From Alphaproteobacteria bacterium UBA4588 (GTDB lineage: Bacteria; Pseudomonadota; Alphaproteobacteria; Puniceispirillales; Puniceispirillaceae), in contig DGJU01000046.1 of assembly GCA_002387605.1 (NCBI GenBank), positions 24,892 to 86,799 of the forward strand: a stretch of 61,908 nucleotides of DNA, written 5' to 3'. Made by a program: the position numbers and the translations under genes. The notes under the pieces are model-generated. The model was not told the DNA's origin. It saw nothing but the letters and a program-made list of their open reading frames with translations, and made no database searches. This document shows, in pieces, positions 9,898-21,400 of this stretch. Every line of letters begins with the position of its first letter. The stretch's first letter is position 1.

Positions 9898-10896
9898 CTA
9901 TTGCGGCAGAAATGATAGCATCAAGCCAGCTGTCAGAATAAGGCCAGCCGTGCGGTTCGAGACAAATAAGCGGCGCGCTGTTATTGCTGACATCCCCTTC
10001 AGCTGGCTGATTTGCCAGTAAAGATGGGCTGCTGCTCCGCCCAGCCCAGCAAGCCAGAGGCCGGGGCCAAGCATCATGAAAAAACCATAACTCCAGAATA
10101 AAAGTGCGGCTGTATAAAAACAGAAAACACCTTCACGCAAATAACGGCCAAGACTAAGCGCTGATGATTTGATGCCGGCTCTTTTATCATCTTCTTGGTC
10201 CTGAACCGCATAGATTGTATCATATCCGGTAATCCACATAACAGTGCCCAGATACACAGCGACAAGCGGCATCGTAAGCCACGCCGCCGAAATAACCGAT
10301 GCTGCGACCGGTACAGCCCAGCTGAATGTTAGCCCCAGCACGAGTTGCGGCCAGCCCGTTACCCTCTTGGCAAGCGGGTAGCAGATAATTAGCGGGAATG
10401 AGGCAATCGCGACAAGCCAGCTTCGTTGCGGCAGAGACACTAAGACAAGAAGGCCTATGGCTGATAAAAATCCAAGGAAAATCAGAGCCTTAAAAGGGGT
10501 GATAGCGCCGGATGCTAGGGGGCGGGATGCGGTGCGGGCAACTTGCGCATCAATCCGTCTGTCCCACAGGTCATTCACGACACAGCCGGCCCCCCGCATG
10601 GTGATGCCGCCAAGAGTAAAGAGCCCCATCAGCCAGAGCGCTGATATCAGGGTCTCAGATAGGGCAGCTGCTATCCACCAGCCAGGTAGGATGAGAAGCC
10701 ACCAGCCAATCGGCCTATCGAGACGCGCAATGAAAATATAAGGATGAAAGCTACGCGGCAGATGCGACCAGACGCCCAGCGACTGGTCTGAAGATTGGGA
10801 TGTCTGTTGGTCTGATTTTTTGGTCATGACAACTGATTGTGATAGCCTTTTGGGGGCCCCTCTGTCTAGTAATGTCTGCTTATTAATATCCCCCAT
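9898..10896 (-). CDS. ubiA: 4-hydroxybenzoate polyprenyltransferase
   Basis: Polytopic membrane protein with the UbiA prenyltransferase motif NDLWDRRIDAQVARTASRPLASG. The start may instead be the internal Met at 10827. Confidence 0.85.
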   Translation of the reverse strand: MGDINKQTLLDRGAPKRLSQSVVMTKKSDQQTSQSSDQSLGVWSHLPRSFHPYIFIARLDRPIGWWLLILPGWWIAAALSETLISALWLMGLFTLGGITMRGAGCVVNDLWDRRIDAQVARTASRPLASGAITPFKALIFLGFLSAIGLLVLVSLPQRSWLVAIASFPLIICYPLAKRVTGWPQLVLGLTFSWAVPVAASVISAAWLTMPLVAVYLGTVMWITGYDTIYAVQDQEDDKRAGIKSSALSLGRYLREGVFCFYTAALLFWSYGFFMMLGPGLWLAGLGGAAAHLYWQISQLKGMSAITARRLFVSNRTAGLILTAGLMLSFLPQ

Positions 10897-11000
10897 CTAA
10901 TCCCTATTGAGGGGCAGTGAGCCAGGCCGGCTGATAGCCCTAGCAAAAGCGGCAAACGCAATAGTTGCTATTCGGTGTGATGCATATTACATGAAGTCAC

Positions 11001-11789
11001 ATGACTGGCATTCATTCTCCATATAAGCCTGCTATCCGGCTTTTTGTTACAGCTGAGCTGGCAGGCGGCGCTGAGATGACCCTTGATGAGGGTCAGTCTC
11101 ATTATCTGGCAAATGTGATGCGTCAGAAACAGGGCGCATTTATTGAGCTATTTAATGGCCGTGATGGAAGTTGGCAGGCTGAATTAGTCACTCTTTCACG
11201 CAAATCTGTTACCGTTCTATGCATCCAGCAAACGACCGCGCAACACGCTAGTCCGGATGTCTGGTTATTGTTTGCTCCGGTGAAGCGTGCCCGGCTCGAT
11301 TTCATGGCGCAGAAAGCAACAGAGCTTGGTGTCACCAAAATTTGGCCTGTTGATACTGAATATTGTCAGATGGGGCGGGTGAAAACAGACAGGTTAGAAG
11401 CCAATGCCATTGAAGCTGCAGAACAAACAGTCCGGCAGGATGTGCCAGATATTGGGCCCTTTATCCCATTGCAGACAGCTCTTTTGGCATGGCCTGAGGA
11501 CAGGGTATTGATTTTCTGTGATGAGGGTCTTGCCGGTGATGCGCCTTATGCGCCGCTTGAGCAGCTTGCAACAGCAACAGGCAAAAAAGCGGCTATCCTT
11601 ATTGGTCCTGAAGGCGGGTTTTCTCCTGCTGAACGTGAGATGATTTTATCCCAATCTTCTGTCTTGCCTATTCATCTTGGGCCTCGCATATTAAGAAGTG
11701 ATACTGCAGCTTTATCTGCCCTCAGCCTGTATCAAGCTGTATGCGGAGACTGGCGTTTAACACATTCTTCATCCTCTCTTGAGTCATAA
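11001..11789 (+). CDS. rsmE: 16S rRNA (uracil1498-N3)-methyltransferase
   Basis: 262 aa with a PUA-like N-terminus and the C-terminal SPOUT motif ILIGPEGGFSPAE. Confidence 0.85.
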   Translation: MTGIHSPYKPAIRLFVTAELAGGAEMTLDEGQSHYLANVMRQKQGAFIELFNGRDGSWQAELVTLSRKSVTVLCIQQTTAQHASPDVWLLFAPVKRARLDFMAQKATELGVTKIWPVDTEYCQMGRVKTDRLEANAIEAAEQTVRQDVPDIGPFIPLQTALLAWPEDRVLIFCDEGLAGDAPYAPLEQLATATGKKAAILIGPEGGFSPAEREMILSQSSVLPIHLGPRILRSDTAALSALSLYQAVCGDWRLTHSSSSLES

Positions 11790-11801
11790 AGCGATCATTG
11801 A

Positions 11802-13172
11802 ATGACAATTCTTTCTTCCCATCCTGTTGAAAAAACGCTGACAGCTGAAACACTTACAACCTGGTTGCGGGCGCAAGCGCGTGATAAATCAGATTGGAAA
11901 ATTGGCACAGAACATGAAAAATTCTTATTTCATAAAGGAACTTTTCGTCCGGTCGCCTATGAAGGTGAGCAGGGCATTGGCGCATTATTAGAGGCGCTTC
12001 GGACGCGTTATAATATGCGCCCCATTATGGAGCATGATAATATTATCGGATTGCTGGATGATGCTGGCGGCTCGATTACGCTTGAGCCGGGCGGACAGTT
12101 TGAGCTTTCTGGTGCGCCGTTAAAAACACTGCACCAAACATGCAAAGAAACAGGCACCCACCTGAAACAGATGATGTCTGTAACCGCTGAGCTTGAATTA
12201 TGCATGCTTGGCACTGGGTTTCAGCCGCTTTGGGGACGTGATGATTGCCATTGGATGCCCAAAGGCCGCTATCGCATTATGCGTGATTACATGCAGAAGA
12301 AAGGCTCTTTGGGGCTTGATATGATGCTGCGTACCTGCACTGTGCAGGTTAATCTAGATTTTGCCTCAGAGCAGGATATGGTCCGGAAATTCCGGTCTTC
12401 GCTCGCGCTTCAGCCTGTTGCAACAGCTCTATTTGCGAACTCTCCTTTCAAAGATGGGGTGCCCTCAGGATTGCAATCTACCCGGGCTCATGTCTGGACA
12501 GACACAGACCCCGATAGATGTGGTATTCCGGCTTGCGTTTTTGATCCGAATTTTGGCTATGAGATGTGGATTGAATATCTGCTTGATGTGCCAATGTATT
12601 TTCTGCATCGCGGCGATGATTATCTTGATGTATCCGGCTTATCATTCAGAGATTTCATGGATGGCCGCCTGCCTGGTTTTGAAGGCCAGTATCCTGATAT
12701 GCATGATTTTCAGGACCATATGACAACTGCCTTTCCAGAGGTTCGCCTGAAAGGGTATCTTGAGATGCGGGGCGCAGATAGCGGTGGCTGGTCGAATATC
12801 TGCGCGCTTCCGGCATTCTGGGTTGGGTTGCTTTATGATGAGCAGGCCCTTGATGAGACCTGCGCTCTGGTTGAGGGCGTTAGCGCCCTTGATGTTGAGC
12901 AGGCCAGAATGTCTGCCTGCCGTGATGGCTTGTCTGGCATGTATGATAGTCGGTCCATGATGCAGATGGCATCAGCCTGTGTTGAGATTGCAGAAGCCGG
13001 TCTTGCCCGGCGGGCAGAAAAAGATGCTGATGGCGAAGATGAAACTAAATTTCTTGCGCCCCTAAAACAGATTGTCAGTGAAGGTCGCACACTCTCTGAT
13101 ATCATGCTGGAAAAATATCAGACTAACTGGGATGGCGATATCACCCATCTTTTCCGCGAATATCATTATTAA
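11802..13172 (+). CDS. gshA: Glutamate--cysteine ligase, plant/alphaproteobacterial type (GCS2 family)
   Basis: 456 aa. Length and sequence match the plant-type GshA lineage rather than the E. coli type. The rsmE-gshA adjacency is common in alphaproteobacteria. Confidence 0.85.
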   Translation: MTILSSHPVEKTLTAETLTTWLRAQARDKSDWKIGTEHEKFLFHKGTFRPVAYEGEQGIGALLEALRTRYNMRPIMEHDNIIGLLDDAGGSITLEPGGQFELSGAPLKTLHQTCKETGTHLKQMMSVTAELELCMLGTGFQPLWGRDDCHWMPKGRYRIMRDYMQKKGSLGLDMMLRTCTVQVNLDFASEQDMVRKFRSSLALQPVATALFANSPFKDGVPSGLQSTRAHVWTDTDPDRCGIPACVFDPNFGYEMWIEYLLDVPMYFLHRGDDYLDVSGLSFRDFMDGRLPGFEGQYPDMHDFQDHMTTAFPEVRLKGYLEMRGADSGGWSNICALPAFWVGLLYDEQALDETCALVEGVSALDVEQARMSACRDGLSGMYDSRSMMQMASACVEIAEAGLARRAEKDADGEDETKFLAPLKQIVSEGRTLSDIMLEKYQTNWDGDITHLFREYHY

Positions 13173-13261
13173 AAACGATATTATGTAACAGTCAGCTTCG
13201 CCGCATTTAATAGGGCAGGCCGCTCTGCTCATCGTGAATATGAGCGCAAAAGGAACAGATT

Positions 13262-14464
13262 ATGGCAGGGTTACTGCTCGTTGTTTTCATTAATTTTGTT
13301 GGAATCGGGGCCCTGATTCCTATCCTGCCATTTACGGTTGTTGACCAGCTTGGTTATTCTGAATCAGTGATGACTTTGCTGCTTGCCAGTTTTTCACTTG
13401 CGATGTTTATCGGCAATCCTATTCTGGGGCGCCTATCAGACAAGCTGGGCAGAAAACGCATCCTGATAGCATCAATTAGCGTTGCAACGGCAGCACATTT
13501 CTGGTTTGCGGTCTCTGAAGATATTACAACATTATTCATGTCGCGTATTCTAGCAGGATTTGGCGCCGGTAATATTGGCGTCATTCATGCGATTATCGCA
13601 GATAATTCTGAGCGTCAGGACAGGGCGCGGATGATGGGGCTTATGGGGGCGTGTATTGGTGCTGGCTTTGTGCTCGGCCCTGCTCTTGGCGGGCTTCTGG
13701 CCGGAATTGGCAGTGGGCCTGCGCATCAGATGCCATTTCTGGTTGCCGGAATATTCTCCGCAATCTCTCTTATCATGGCATTTCGTCTTCCGGAGAGTTA
13801 TCCGTCTAACGCTGATGCGAAGCAGGTTAAAACATCGTTTTTTGCCCGCGTTACAGCTCTGATGTCAGGCCCGTTAGGGCTGTTTGCAGCGGCATTTTTC
13901 CTGCTAAATCTGTCATTTGCACAGGTTGAGGCCGCCTATGTATTGGTTGTGCGGGATTTGCTGGGATTTGGCACCCGTGAGACTGGCTGGCTGTTCACCT
14001 ATATTGGTATCTGTATCATTATTGTTCAGGGCGGGCTTATTGGCAGGATAGTGCCTCGATTTGGTGAAATGCGGGTTATCCGCACTGGCATTTACTGTCT
14101 GATCACAGGCCAGCTGGTAACCGTGATGCTGGCAACACTCTTTGCGGATGGCGGCGCGTTGCTAATGCATATTCTGGTGGCAACCAGTTTTGTGTGTATT
14201 GGCTTTGCCTTAACAAACCCAACCCTTTCGGCTGCCTCATCGGCTGCCTCACGGCGTGATGAAATGGGCGGCGCATTAGGGCTTGTGCAAGGGTTTGGCT
14301 CGCTTGGTCAGGTTATTGGCCTAACAGCGGCAGGACCGCTCTATTTGAGCGGCGGCGCTGGCTTATCATTCAGTTTTGCTGCCCTTATTTCAGTCTGCCT
14401 TCTGATCACGCTCTTTTTTATTGCGCGGGTCTGGCCAAAGCTTTCCCCATCCGCTGCTTCCTAG
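13262..14464 (+). CDS. MFS transporter (drug:H+ antiporter-like)
   Basis: 400 aa with about 12 hydrophobic segments and MFS motif A GRLSDKLGRKRIL between TM2 and TM3. Confidence 0.8.
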   Translation: MAGLLLVVFINFVGIGALIPILPFTVVDQLGYSESVMTLLLASFSLAMFIGNPILGRLSDKLGRKRILIASISVATAAHFWFAVSEDITTLFMSRILAGFGAGNIGVIHAIIADNSERQDRARMMGLMGACIGAGFVLGPALGGLLAGIGSGPAHQMPFLVAGIFSAISLIMAFRLPESYPSNADAKQVKTSFFARVTALMSGPLGLFAAAFFLLNLSFAQVEAAYVLVVRDLLGFGTRETGWLFTYIGICIIIVQGGLIGRIVPRFGEMRVIRTGIYCLITGQLVTVMLATLFADGGALLMHILVATSFVCIGFALTNPTLSAASSAASRRDEMGGALGLVQGFGSLGQVIGLTAAGPLYLSGGAGLSFSFAALISVCLLITLFFIARVWPKLSPSAAS

Positions 14465-15909
14465 GCAGCTTGGGTGCCGCCAACTGTGATGCCGCCAATC
14501 TTCAGGGTAGGCTGGCCCACACCAACAGGAACAGACTGGCCAGACTTCCCGCAGGTGCCAATGCCGGGATCAAGCTCCATGTCATTGCCAATCATAGTAA
14601 TTTTTGACATGGCATCAGGGCCGCTTCCGATCAGAGTTGCTCCTTTTACTGGTGCGCCAATCTTACCATTTTCGACCATATAGGCTTCAGAGGCAGAGAA
14701 CACAAATTTGCCCGAGGTAATATCAACCTGTCCGCCACCAAAATTCGCTGCATAGATACCTTTTTTCATACTAGAAATAATCTCTTCAGCCTCATAGGCG
14801 CCATTTTCCATATAGGTATTTGTCATACGCGGCATAGGCAGATGTGCATAGGATTGGCGCCGGCCGTTGCCCGTAGGCTCAACCCCCATCAGCCGGGCAT
14901 TCTGCCGGTCTTGCATATAACCTTTCAGGATGCCGTCTTCGATTAGCGTATTGTGACCAGAACGGGTGCCCTCATCATCTATCGTAAGTGAGCCGCGCCT
15001 ATCAGCAAGCGTGCCATTATCCACAACTGTCACGCCCTTGGCGGCGACTTGCTCACCAATGCGGCCTGAAAACACCGATGTACCTTTGCGGTTGAAGTCG
15101 CCTTCAAGGCCATGTCCAACAGCTTCATGTAGCATCACACCTGGCCATCCGGCCCCCAGCACAATTTCCATTTCCCCAGCAGGGGCTGCAATAGAATCAA
15201 GATTAAGCAGCGCCAGTCTGAGCGCCTCATCAATTTCAGGCTGCCACAGAGCTTCATCAAGATAATGGTTGAGCAGAAATCTGCCGCCCATCCCGCTTGA
15301 GCCTGACTCCATCCGGCCATTCTGTTCAACAACAACAGCAATGCCCAGCCTTACCAGAGGTCTGATATCAGCAAACCGCTCGCCGTCTGGGCGAATTATC
15401 TGCACCGCCTGCCAACTCCCCACAACAGATGCTGTCACCTGCTTAACGCGCGGATCGCTGGCGCGGGCATAGGCATCCATTTTTTGCAGCAACGCAACCT
15501 TATCTTCAAAGGCTGTATGCTCGAGCGGGTTATCGCTGGTATAAAGAGGCTTGTTGGCGCCTGAAAGCGGCGGCAGGGCAAGCGTTCCTGAATGCCCAGA
15601 CGCGACAGAGGCAACCGTCTCAGCGGCGCGCCGAAGCGCTGCCTCGCTCAATTCGCCAGCATGGGCAAAGGCATCAGCCTCACCAACAATAGCGCGCAGA
15701 CCAAATCCGGATGATTCGTCATAAGTTGCTGTCTTTAGCCGGCCATCATCAAATGCAAGCGCTTCTGTATGCCGCATTTCAAGGAAGAGATCGCCATCAT
15801 CTGCGCCATTGAGCGTGTCCGCTACAAGGCCGCATACATGGTCTTTATCAAGGCCGTTGCGGGAAAAAAACAACTCATCTGTTTGGTGCAGCGCATCCAT
15901 TATAATCAT
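14461..15909 (-). CDS. tldD: Metalloprotease TldD
   Basis: 482 aa with the HEAVGHGLEGD zinc motif and a GGAGAG Shine-Dalgarno sequence upstream. Its stop codon shares the tetranucleotide CTAG with the convergent MFS gene. Confidence 0.9.
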   Translation of the reverse strand: MIIMDALHQTDELFFSRNGLDKDHVCGLVADTLNGADDGDLFLEMRHTEALAFDDGRLKTATYDESSGFGLRAIVGEADAFAHAGELSEAALRRAAETVASVASGHSGTLALPPLSGANKPLYTSDNPLEHTAFEDKVALLQKMDAYARASDPRVKQVTASVVGSWQAVQIIRPDGERFADIRPLVRLGIAVVVEQNGRMESGSSGMGGRFLLNHYLDEALWQPEIDEALRLALLNLDSIAAPAGEMEIVLGAGWPGVMLHEAVGHGLEGDFNRKGTSVFSGRIGEQVAAKGVTVVDNGTLADRRGSLTIDDEGTRSGHNTLIEDGILKGYMQDRQNARLMGVEPTGNGRRQSYAHLPMPRMTNTYMENGAYEAEEIISSMKKGIYAANFGGGQVDITSGKFVFSASEAYMVENGKIGAPVKGATLIGSGPDAMSKITMIGNDMELDPGIGTCGKSGQSVPVGVGQPTLKIGGITVGGTQAA

Positions 15910-16218
15910 CTCTCCAAAATAGCAGGTAGGGCGGTAGTGCAGAGCGCTTCACTTGAATCTCTGCCACACGTCCCAAATCTCTCATCCCCCCAAGTATGGA
16001 GGCTGGAGAGGTCTGTTTCAAGGGGAAGTCTAAAGCTGTTTTTTTTAACGGCACCAAAATGCTTTGCCGAGAGGTGGAATGGTGCGCGACAGGCTGCCGC
16101 ATAGGGCTTCCCAATGGTTAAAAAACCCGTTAAGACAATCTCGTTAGCTTGAACGAGATCAGTTAATGATCACACGAGCAAGACTAGCTTATTATTTGAC
16201 GTCAAGGGGGATGAACAT

Positions 16219-17064
16219 ATGAGACTGCACATTACGCTATGTGCTAGCATCATTTTCGCAGTAATTGGCTTTATTGCAGGGCCGGCGCTCGCTAGTGAGC
16301 CGCTGCCATGGCAAATGGGTTTTCAGGAGCCAGCTGGTTCTATTGCTGAAAAAGCACAAAGCCTTCACGATTTGTTGCTTATCGTTATCACGGCTATTTC
16401 GGTGTTTGTTTTGGCGCTGCTTGTTTACACGTGCGTGCGCTACCGTGAATCCTCTAACCCTGTGCCGTCCAAAACATCCCATAATACAACCATCGAAGTT
16501 TTGTGGACGGTTATCCCAGTCCTAATTCTGGTTGTGATTGCGGTGCCGTCATTCCGGTTGCTGTATTACATGGATGAAACCAAAAATACAGATATGGTCG
16601 TCAAAATTACAGGAAATCAGTGGTACTGGAATTATGAGTATCCTGACGAGAAAATCGGATTTGATAGCTACATTATCGATGAAGCAGATCTGGCACCTGG
16701 TCAGCCGCGCCTGTTGAGTGTGGATAATCCGATGGTTGTTCCTGAAGGAACACGTATCAAGCTGCTGATTACCGGCAATGATGTTATGCATTCCTTCTTT
16801 GTGCCGTCACTGGCTGTTCAGACCTATTCTATTATTGGACGGGTCAATGAAGTGTGGATTGATGTGCCAATGGGTGCAAAATCCTATTATGGTCAATGTA
16901 ATCAGATTTGCGGTGTAAACCATGCCTATATGCCGATTGTGGTAAAGGCTGTCTCACAGCAGGATTACGCAACCTGGCTTGTTACGGCCAAAGATGAATT
17001 TGCGATGGGTGATAATGTTCAGCCATCTGGTTCACAAGATATTCAGCTTGCATCAGCCCAATAA
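16219..17064 (+). CDS. coxB: Cytochrome c oxidase (aa3) subunit II
   Basis: Signal peptide plus two TM helices, and the CuA site H...CNQICGVNHAYM. Confidence 0.95.
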   Translation: MRLHITLCASIIFAVIGFIAGPALASEPLPWQMGFQEPAGSIAEKAQSLHDLLLIVITAISVFVLALLVYTCVRYRESSNPVPSKTSHNTTIEVLWTVIPVLILVVIAVPSFRLLYYMDETKNTDMVVKITGNQWYWNYEYPDEKIGFDSYIIDEADLAPGQPRLLSVDNPMVVPEGTRIKLLITGNDVMHSFFVPSLAVQTYSIIGRVNEVWIDVPMGAKSYYGQCNQICGVNHAYMPIVVKAVSQQDYATWLVTAKDEFAMGDNVQPSGSQDIQLASAQ

Positions 17065-17089
17065 TGGGCCAGTGCTTTTAACTTTTTAG

Positions 17090-18718
<1,629 letters not shown>

Positions 18719-18760
18719 GGCAGCGTCTCCTCTAGGGGACAAAGGAAGGAAGAAAGCTGG

Positions 18761-19696
18761 ATGACAGCAATGCCGCAACAACCAGGCTCATCAGGATCTA
18801 ATATTGCGCCAACCGCAGATGCTCCGGCATCTTCGGTTGCTGCCTTTTTTGCCCTGATGAAACCCCGCGTTATGAGCCTCGTGATTTTCACGGGGTTTGC
18901 GGGCATGTATCTGGCACCTGTTGATATGCATCCGGTACTCGCGGCGATTTCACTGTTTGCTATTGCTGCCGGTGCAGGTGCGTCTGGTGCGATCAATCAG
19001 TGGTATGACCGGGATATGGATGCGCTCATGACGCGCACTCGCAACAGGCCTATACCGGCTGGCAAAGTTATCCCTGAAGAAGCGCTTGCGTTCGGCATTG
19101 TGATATCAGTTCTGTCCGTGATGCTCTTGTCACTTGCCAGCAATCTGCTCGCAGGGGGGCTGCTTGCCTTTACAATCTTTTTCTATGCTGTGGTTTATAC
19201 GGTATGGCTGAAACGCAGTACGCCGCAGAATATTGTCATTGGCGGTGCTGCTGGCGCGTTGCCGCCGTTAGTTGGCTGGGCTGCGATGACGGGCACTGTT
19301 ACGCTTGAGCCAATCATTCTGTTTACCTTGATTTTTGTCTGGACCCCGCCACATTTTTGGGCGCTGGCGCTGGTAAAAAATGATGATTATCGCTTAGCAA
19401 ATGTGCCGATGCTGCCTGTTACCGCAGGCGCTGATGAAACACGCAAGCAAATTCTGATTTACAGTATTTTTCTGATGGGCGCAGGGATACTACCCTTTGT
19501 TATCGGAATGAGCGGTATTGCTTATGGTATCTTGAGCGTGATTATGGGCGCTCTGTTCTTGGCATTCGCAATTCGGCTTTATCTTGTTAAGACTGACAAG
19601 GCAGCATGGGACCTGTTTAAATTTTCGGTACTCCATCTGTTTATACTTTTTGCGGGCCTTATAGCTGACAAAGCGCTCAGCTTTATGCTGATTTAA
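18761..19696 (+). CDS. ctaB: Protoheme IX farnesyltransferase (heme O synthase)
   Basis: 311-aa UbiA-family membrane protein with NQWYDRDMDALMTRTRNRP, located inside the cox cluster. Confidence 0.9.
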   Translation: MTAMPQQPGSSGSNIAPTADAPASSVAAFFALMKPRVMSLVIFTGFAGMYLAPVDMHPVLAAISLFAIAAGAGASGAINQWYDRDMDALMTRTRNRPIPAGKVIPEEALAFGIVISVLSVMLLSLASNLLAGGLLAFTIFFYAVVYTVWLKRSTPQNIVIGGAAGALPPLVGWAAMTGTVTLEPIILFTLIFVWTPPHFWALALVKNDDYRLANVPMLPVTAGADETRKQILIYSIFLMGAGILPFVIGMSGIAYGILSVIMGALFLAFAIRLYLVKTDKAAWDLFKFSVLHLFILFAGLIADKALSFMLI

Positions 19697-19707
19697 TGGA
19701 AGGGATA

Positions 19708-19842
19708 ATGATGTCTGATCAACCTGAAACAGCGACTGAGATGAGAGTGATGCGTAAACGCAGCAATCTCTGGATTCTGGGCCTTATCTTTGGACTTGCC
19801 GTCCTTTTCTATGTGGTGACTATCGTTCGGATGAGTTTGTAA
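19708..19842 (+). CDS. Small single-pass membrane protein of the cox cluster (43-44 aa; below the ORF-track length cutoff)
   Basis: Translated by hand as MMSDQPETATEMRVMRKRSNLWILGLIFGLAVLFYVVTIVRMSL. GGAAGGG lies 3 or 6 nt upstream of the two tandem ATGs. The ORF begins 11 nt after the ctaB stop and ends 3 nt before the ctaG ATG. It has one 21-residue hydrophobic helix. Confidence 0.6.
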   Translation: MMSDQPETATEMRVMRKRSNLWILGLIFGLAVLFYVVTIVRMSL

Positions 19843-19845
19843 GAT

Positions 19846-20418
19846 ATGCAAATAATCAGCCCGTCCCCAGACCTAATACAGCAGCAGTCAGTCCGCAATA
19901 AGCGGCTTCTGACGGGCGTTTTTGTTGTTGTTGCAGGAATGGTGGGGCTCGCCTTTGCATCTGTGCCACTCTATAAACTTTTCTGTCAGGTCACAGGATA
20001 TGGCGGTACAACACAGCGCGCTGAGATGGCGCCGCAGACAATAAACATGGCAGCAGCTCCTGTTTCTGTTCGCTTTAATGCTGTCACGAATTCAAAGTTA
20101 AACTGGTCGTTTGTTCCGGTAACAGAGCCTGTGTCTCTTATTCCTGGTGAGCAAGTTACAGCACTTTATCGGGCAACAAATTTAGGCGATGTTCCATCAA
20201 TAGGGACAGCCACATTCAATGTGACCCCGCAAAAGGCCGGGCCGTATTTTATGAAGCTGGAATGTTTTTGCTTTACCGAACAGTTATTACAGCCGGGCCA
20301 GTCAATGGACATGCCGGTAACCTTTTTTCTAGACCCGGAAATGGCGACTGATCTGAATACATCAGACGTTGACGAGGTCGTGCTTTCCTATACCTTTTTC
20401 GAGGCAATAGAGAGCTAG
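19846..20418 (+). CDS. ctaG: Cytochrome c oxidase assembly protein CtaG/Cox11 (CuB insertion)
   Basis: 190 aa with an N-terminal TM anchor and the Cox11 copper motif LECFCFTEQ. Confidence 0.9.
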   Translation: MQIISPSPDLIQQQSVRNKRLLTGVFVVVAGMVGLAFASVPLYKLFCQVTGYGGTTQRAEMAPQTINMAAAPVSVRFNAVTNSKLNWSFVPVTEPVSLIPGEQVTALYRATNLGDVPSIGTATFNVTPQKAGPYFMKLECFCFTEQLLQPGQSMDMPVTFFLDPEMATDLNTSDVDEVVLSYTFFEAIES

Positions 20419-20479
20419 TATAAGCTAAATTTTGTTGCGCCGGTCGGAGGGGGCTGGGCTTTTTCAAAGGAGATGAAAA

Positions 20480-21265
20480 ATGAGTGGTGCACAACAACAT
20501 CCCTACCATCTGGTAGAACCTAGCCCATGGCCGGCAGTCGGCTCTGCGGCGGCATTTATTGCAGCTATCGGCGCTGTGATGTTCATGCATGACCGCGCCT
20601 ATGGCGGCTATGTTTTGATGACGGGGATGGGTCTTGTTATCCTAACCATGTTCATGTGGTGGCGCGATGTCATCCGCGAAGCTGAATATCAGGGGCATCA
20701 TACCCCGATTGTTCAGATCGGTATGCGGTATGGGATGATGCTTTTTATCTCATCAGAAGTCATGTTCTTTGTGGCGTTTTTCTGGGCCTTTTTCGACCGT
20801 GCCTTTTTCCCTGTTGGGGGTATCTGGCCACCTGAAGGTATTCAAACGTTCGACCCGTTCGATCTGCCGCTGATTAACACCCTTATTCTGCTGCTATCGG
20901 GATGTACCGTAACATGGTCACACCATGCTCTGGTAAATGATAACCGCCGTGATTTTATCGTAGGTCTTGTTATCACTATTGTTCTGGGCGCCTTTTTCAC
21001 AGTGCTTCAGGCGGTAGAATATGACCATGCGTCATTTGCCTTCACAGACGGGATTTATCCTTCGGTGTTTTATATGGCGACAGGCTTCCATGGCTTCCAT
21101 GTGATTGTCGGAACATTGTTCCTTGCCGTATGTCTCTTCCGAGGACTGAAAGGACATTTCACCGCTGACCAGCATTTTGGGTTTGAAGCGGCCGCATGGT
21201 ATTGGCATTTTGTTGATGTTGTCTGGTTGTTCTTATTTGTGGCTGTTTACTGGTGGGGCGCTTAA
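20480..21265 (+). CDS. ctaE: Cytochrome c oxidase subunit III
   Basis: 261 aa, HPYHLVEPSPWP N-terminus, seven TM helices, AGGAG Shine-Dalgarno sequence upstream. Confidence 0.95.
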   Translation: MSGAQQHPYHLVEPSPWPAVGSAAAFIAAIGAVMFMHDRAYGGYVLMTGMGLVILTMFMWWRDVIREAEYQGHHTPIVQIGMRYGMMLFISSEVMFFVAFFWAFFDRAFFPVGGIWPPEGIQTFDPFDLPLINTLILLLSGCTVTWSHHALVNDNRRDFIVGLVITIVLGAFFTVLQAVEYDHASFAFTDGIYPSVFYMATGFHGFHVIVGTLFLAVCLFRGLKGHFTADQHFGFEAAAWYWHFVDVVWLFLFVAVYWWGA

Positions 21266-21313
21266 TTTAGACAATCTTCTATCTCCTCCCCTCTTGCTTT
21301 AAGAGAGCGAAAA

Positions 21314-21353
21314 AAGAACCGGTCTTGCATCTTTAACTGTAGGGCCGGTTCTT
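21314..21353 (+). terminator. Weak hairpin after ctaE (AAGAACCGG ... CCGGTTCTT)
   Basis: Perfect 9-bp inverted repeat with a 22-nt loop, starting 49 nt after the ctaE stop. There is no U-tract after it, so terminator function is uncertain. Confidence 0.3.
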
Positions 21354-21400
21354 CTATATGGAGACAAGACACCTTGTTGCTCGCATAGAAAGGCGCAGCC

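Noticed and set aside
16196-16205. Perfect 10-bp palindrome TTGACGTCAA 13 nt upstream of coxB, considered as an FNR/CRP-type oxygen-response site
   Set aside because: FNR/CRP boxes are TTGAT-N4-ATCAA, 14 bp with a 4-nt spacer, and this palindrome has no spacer. It also overlaps the ribosome-binding region. Roughly 60 perfect 10-bp palindromes are expected by chance in 62 kb.
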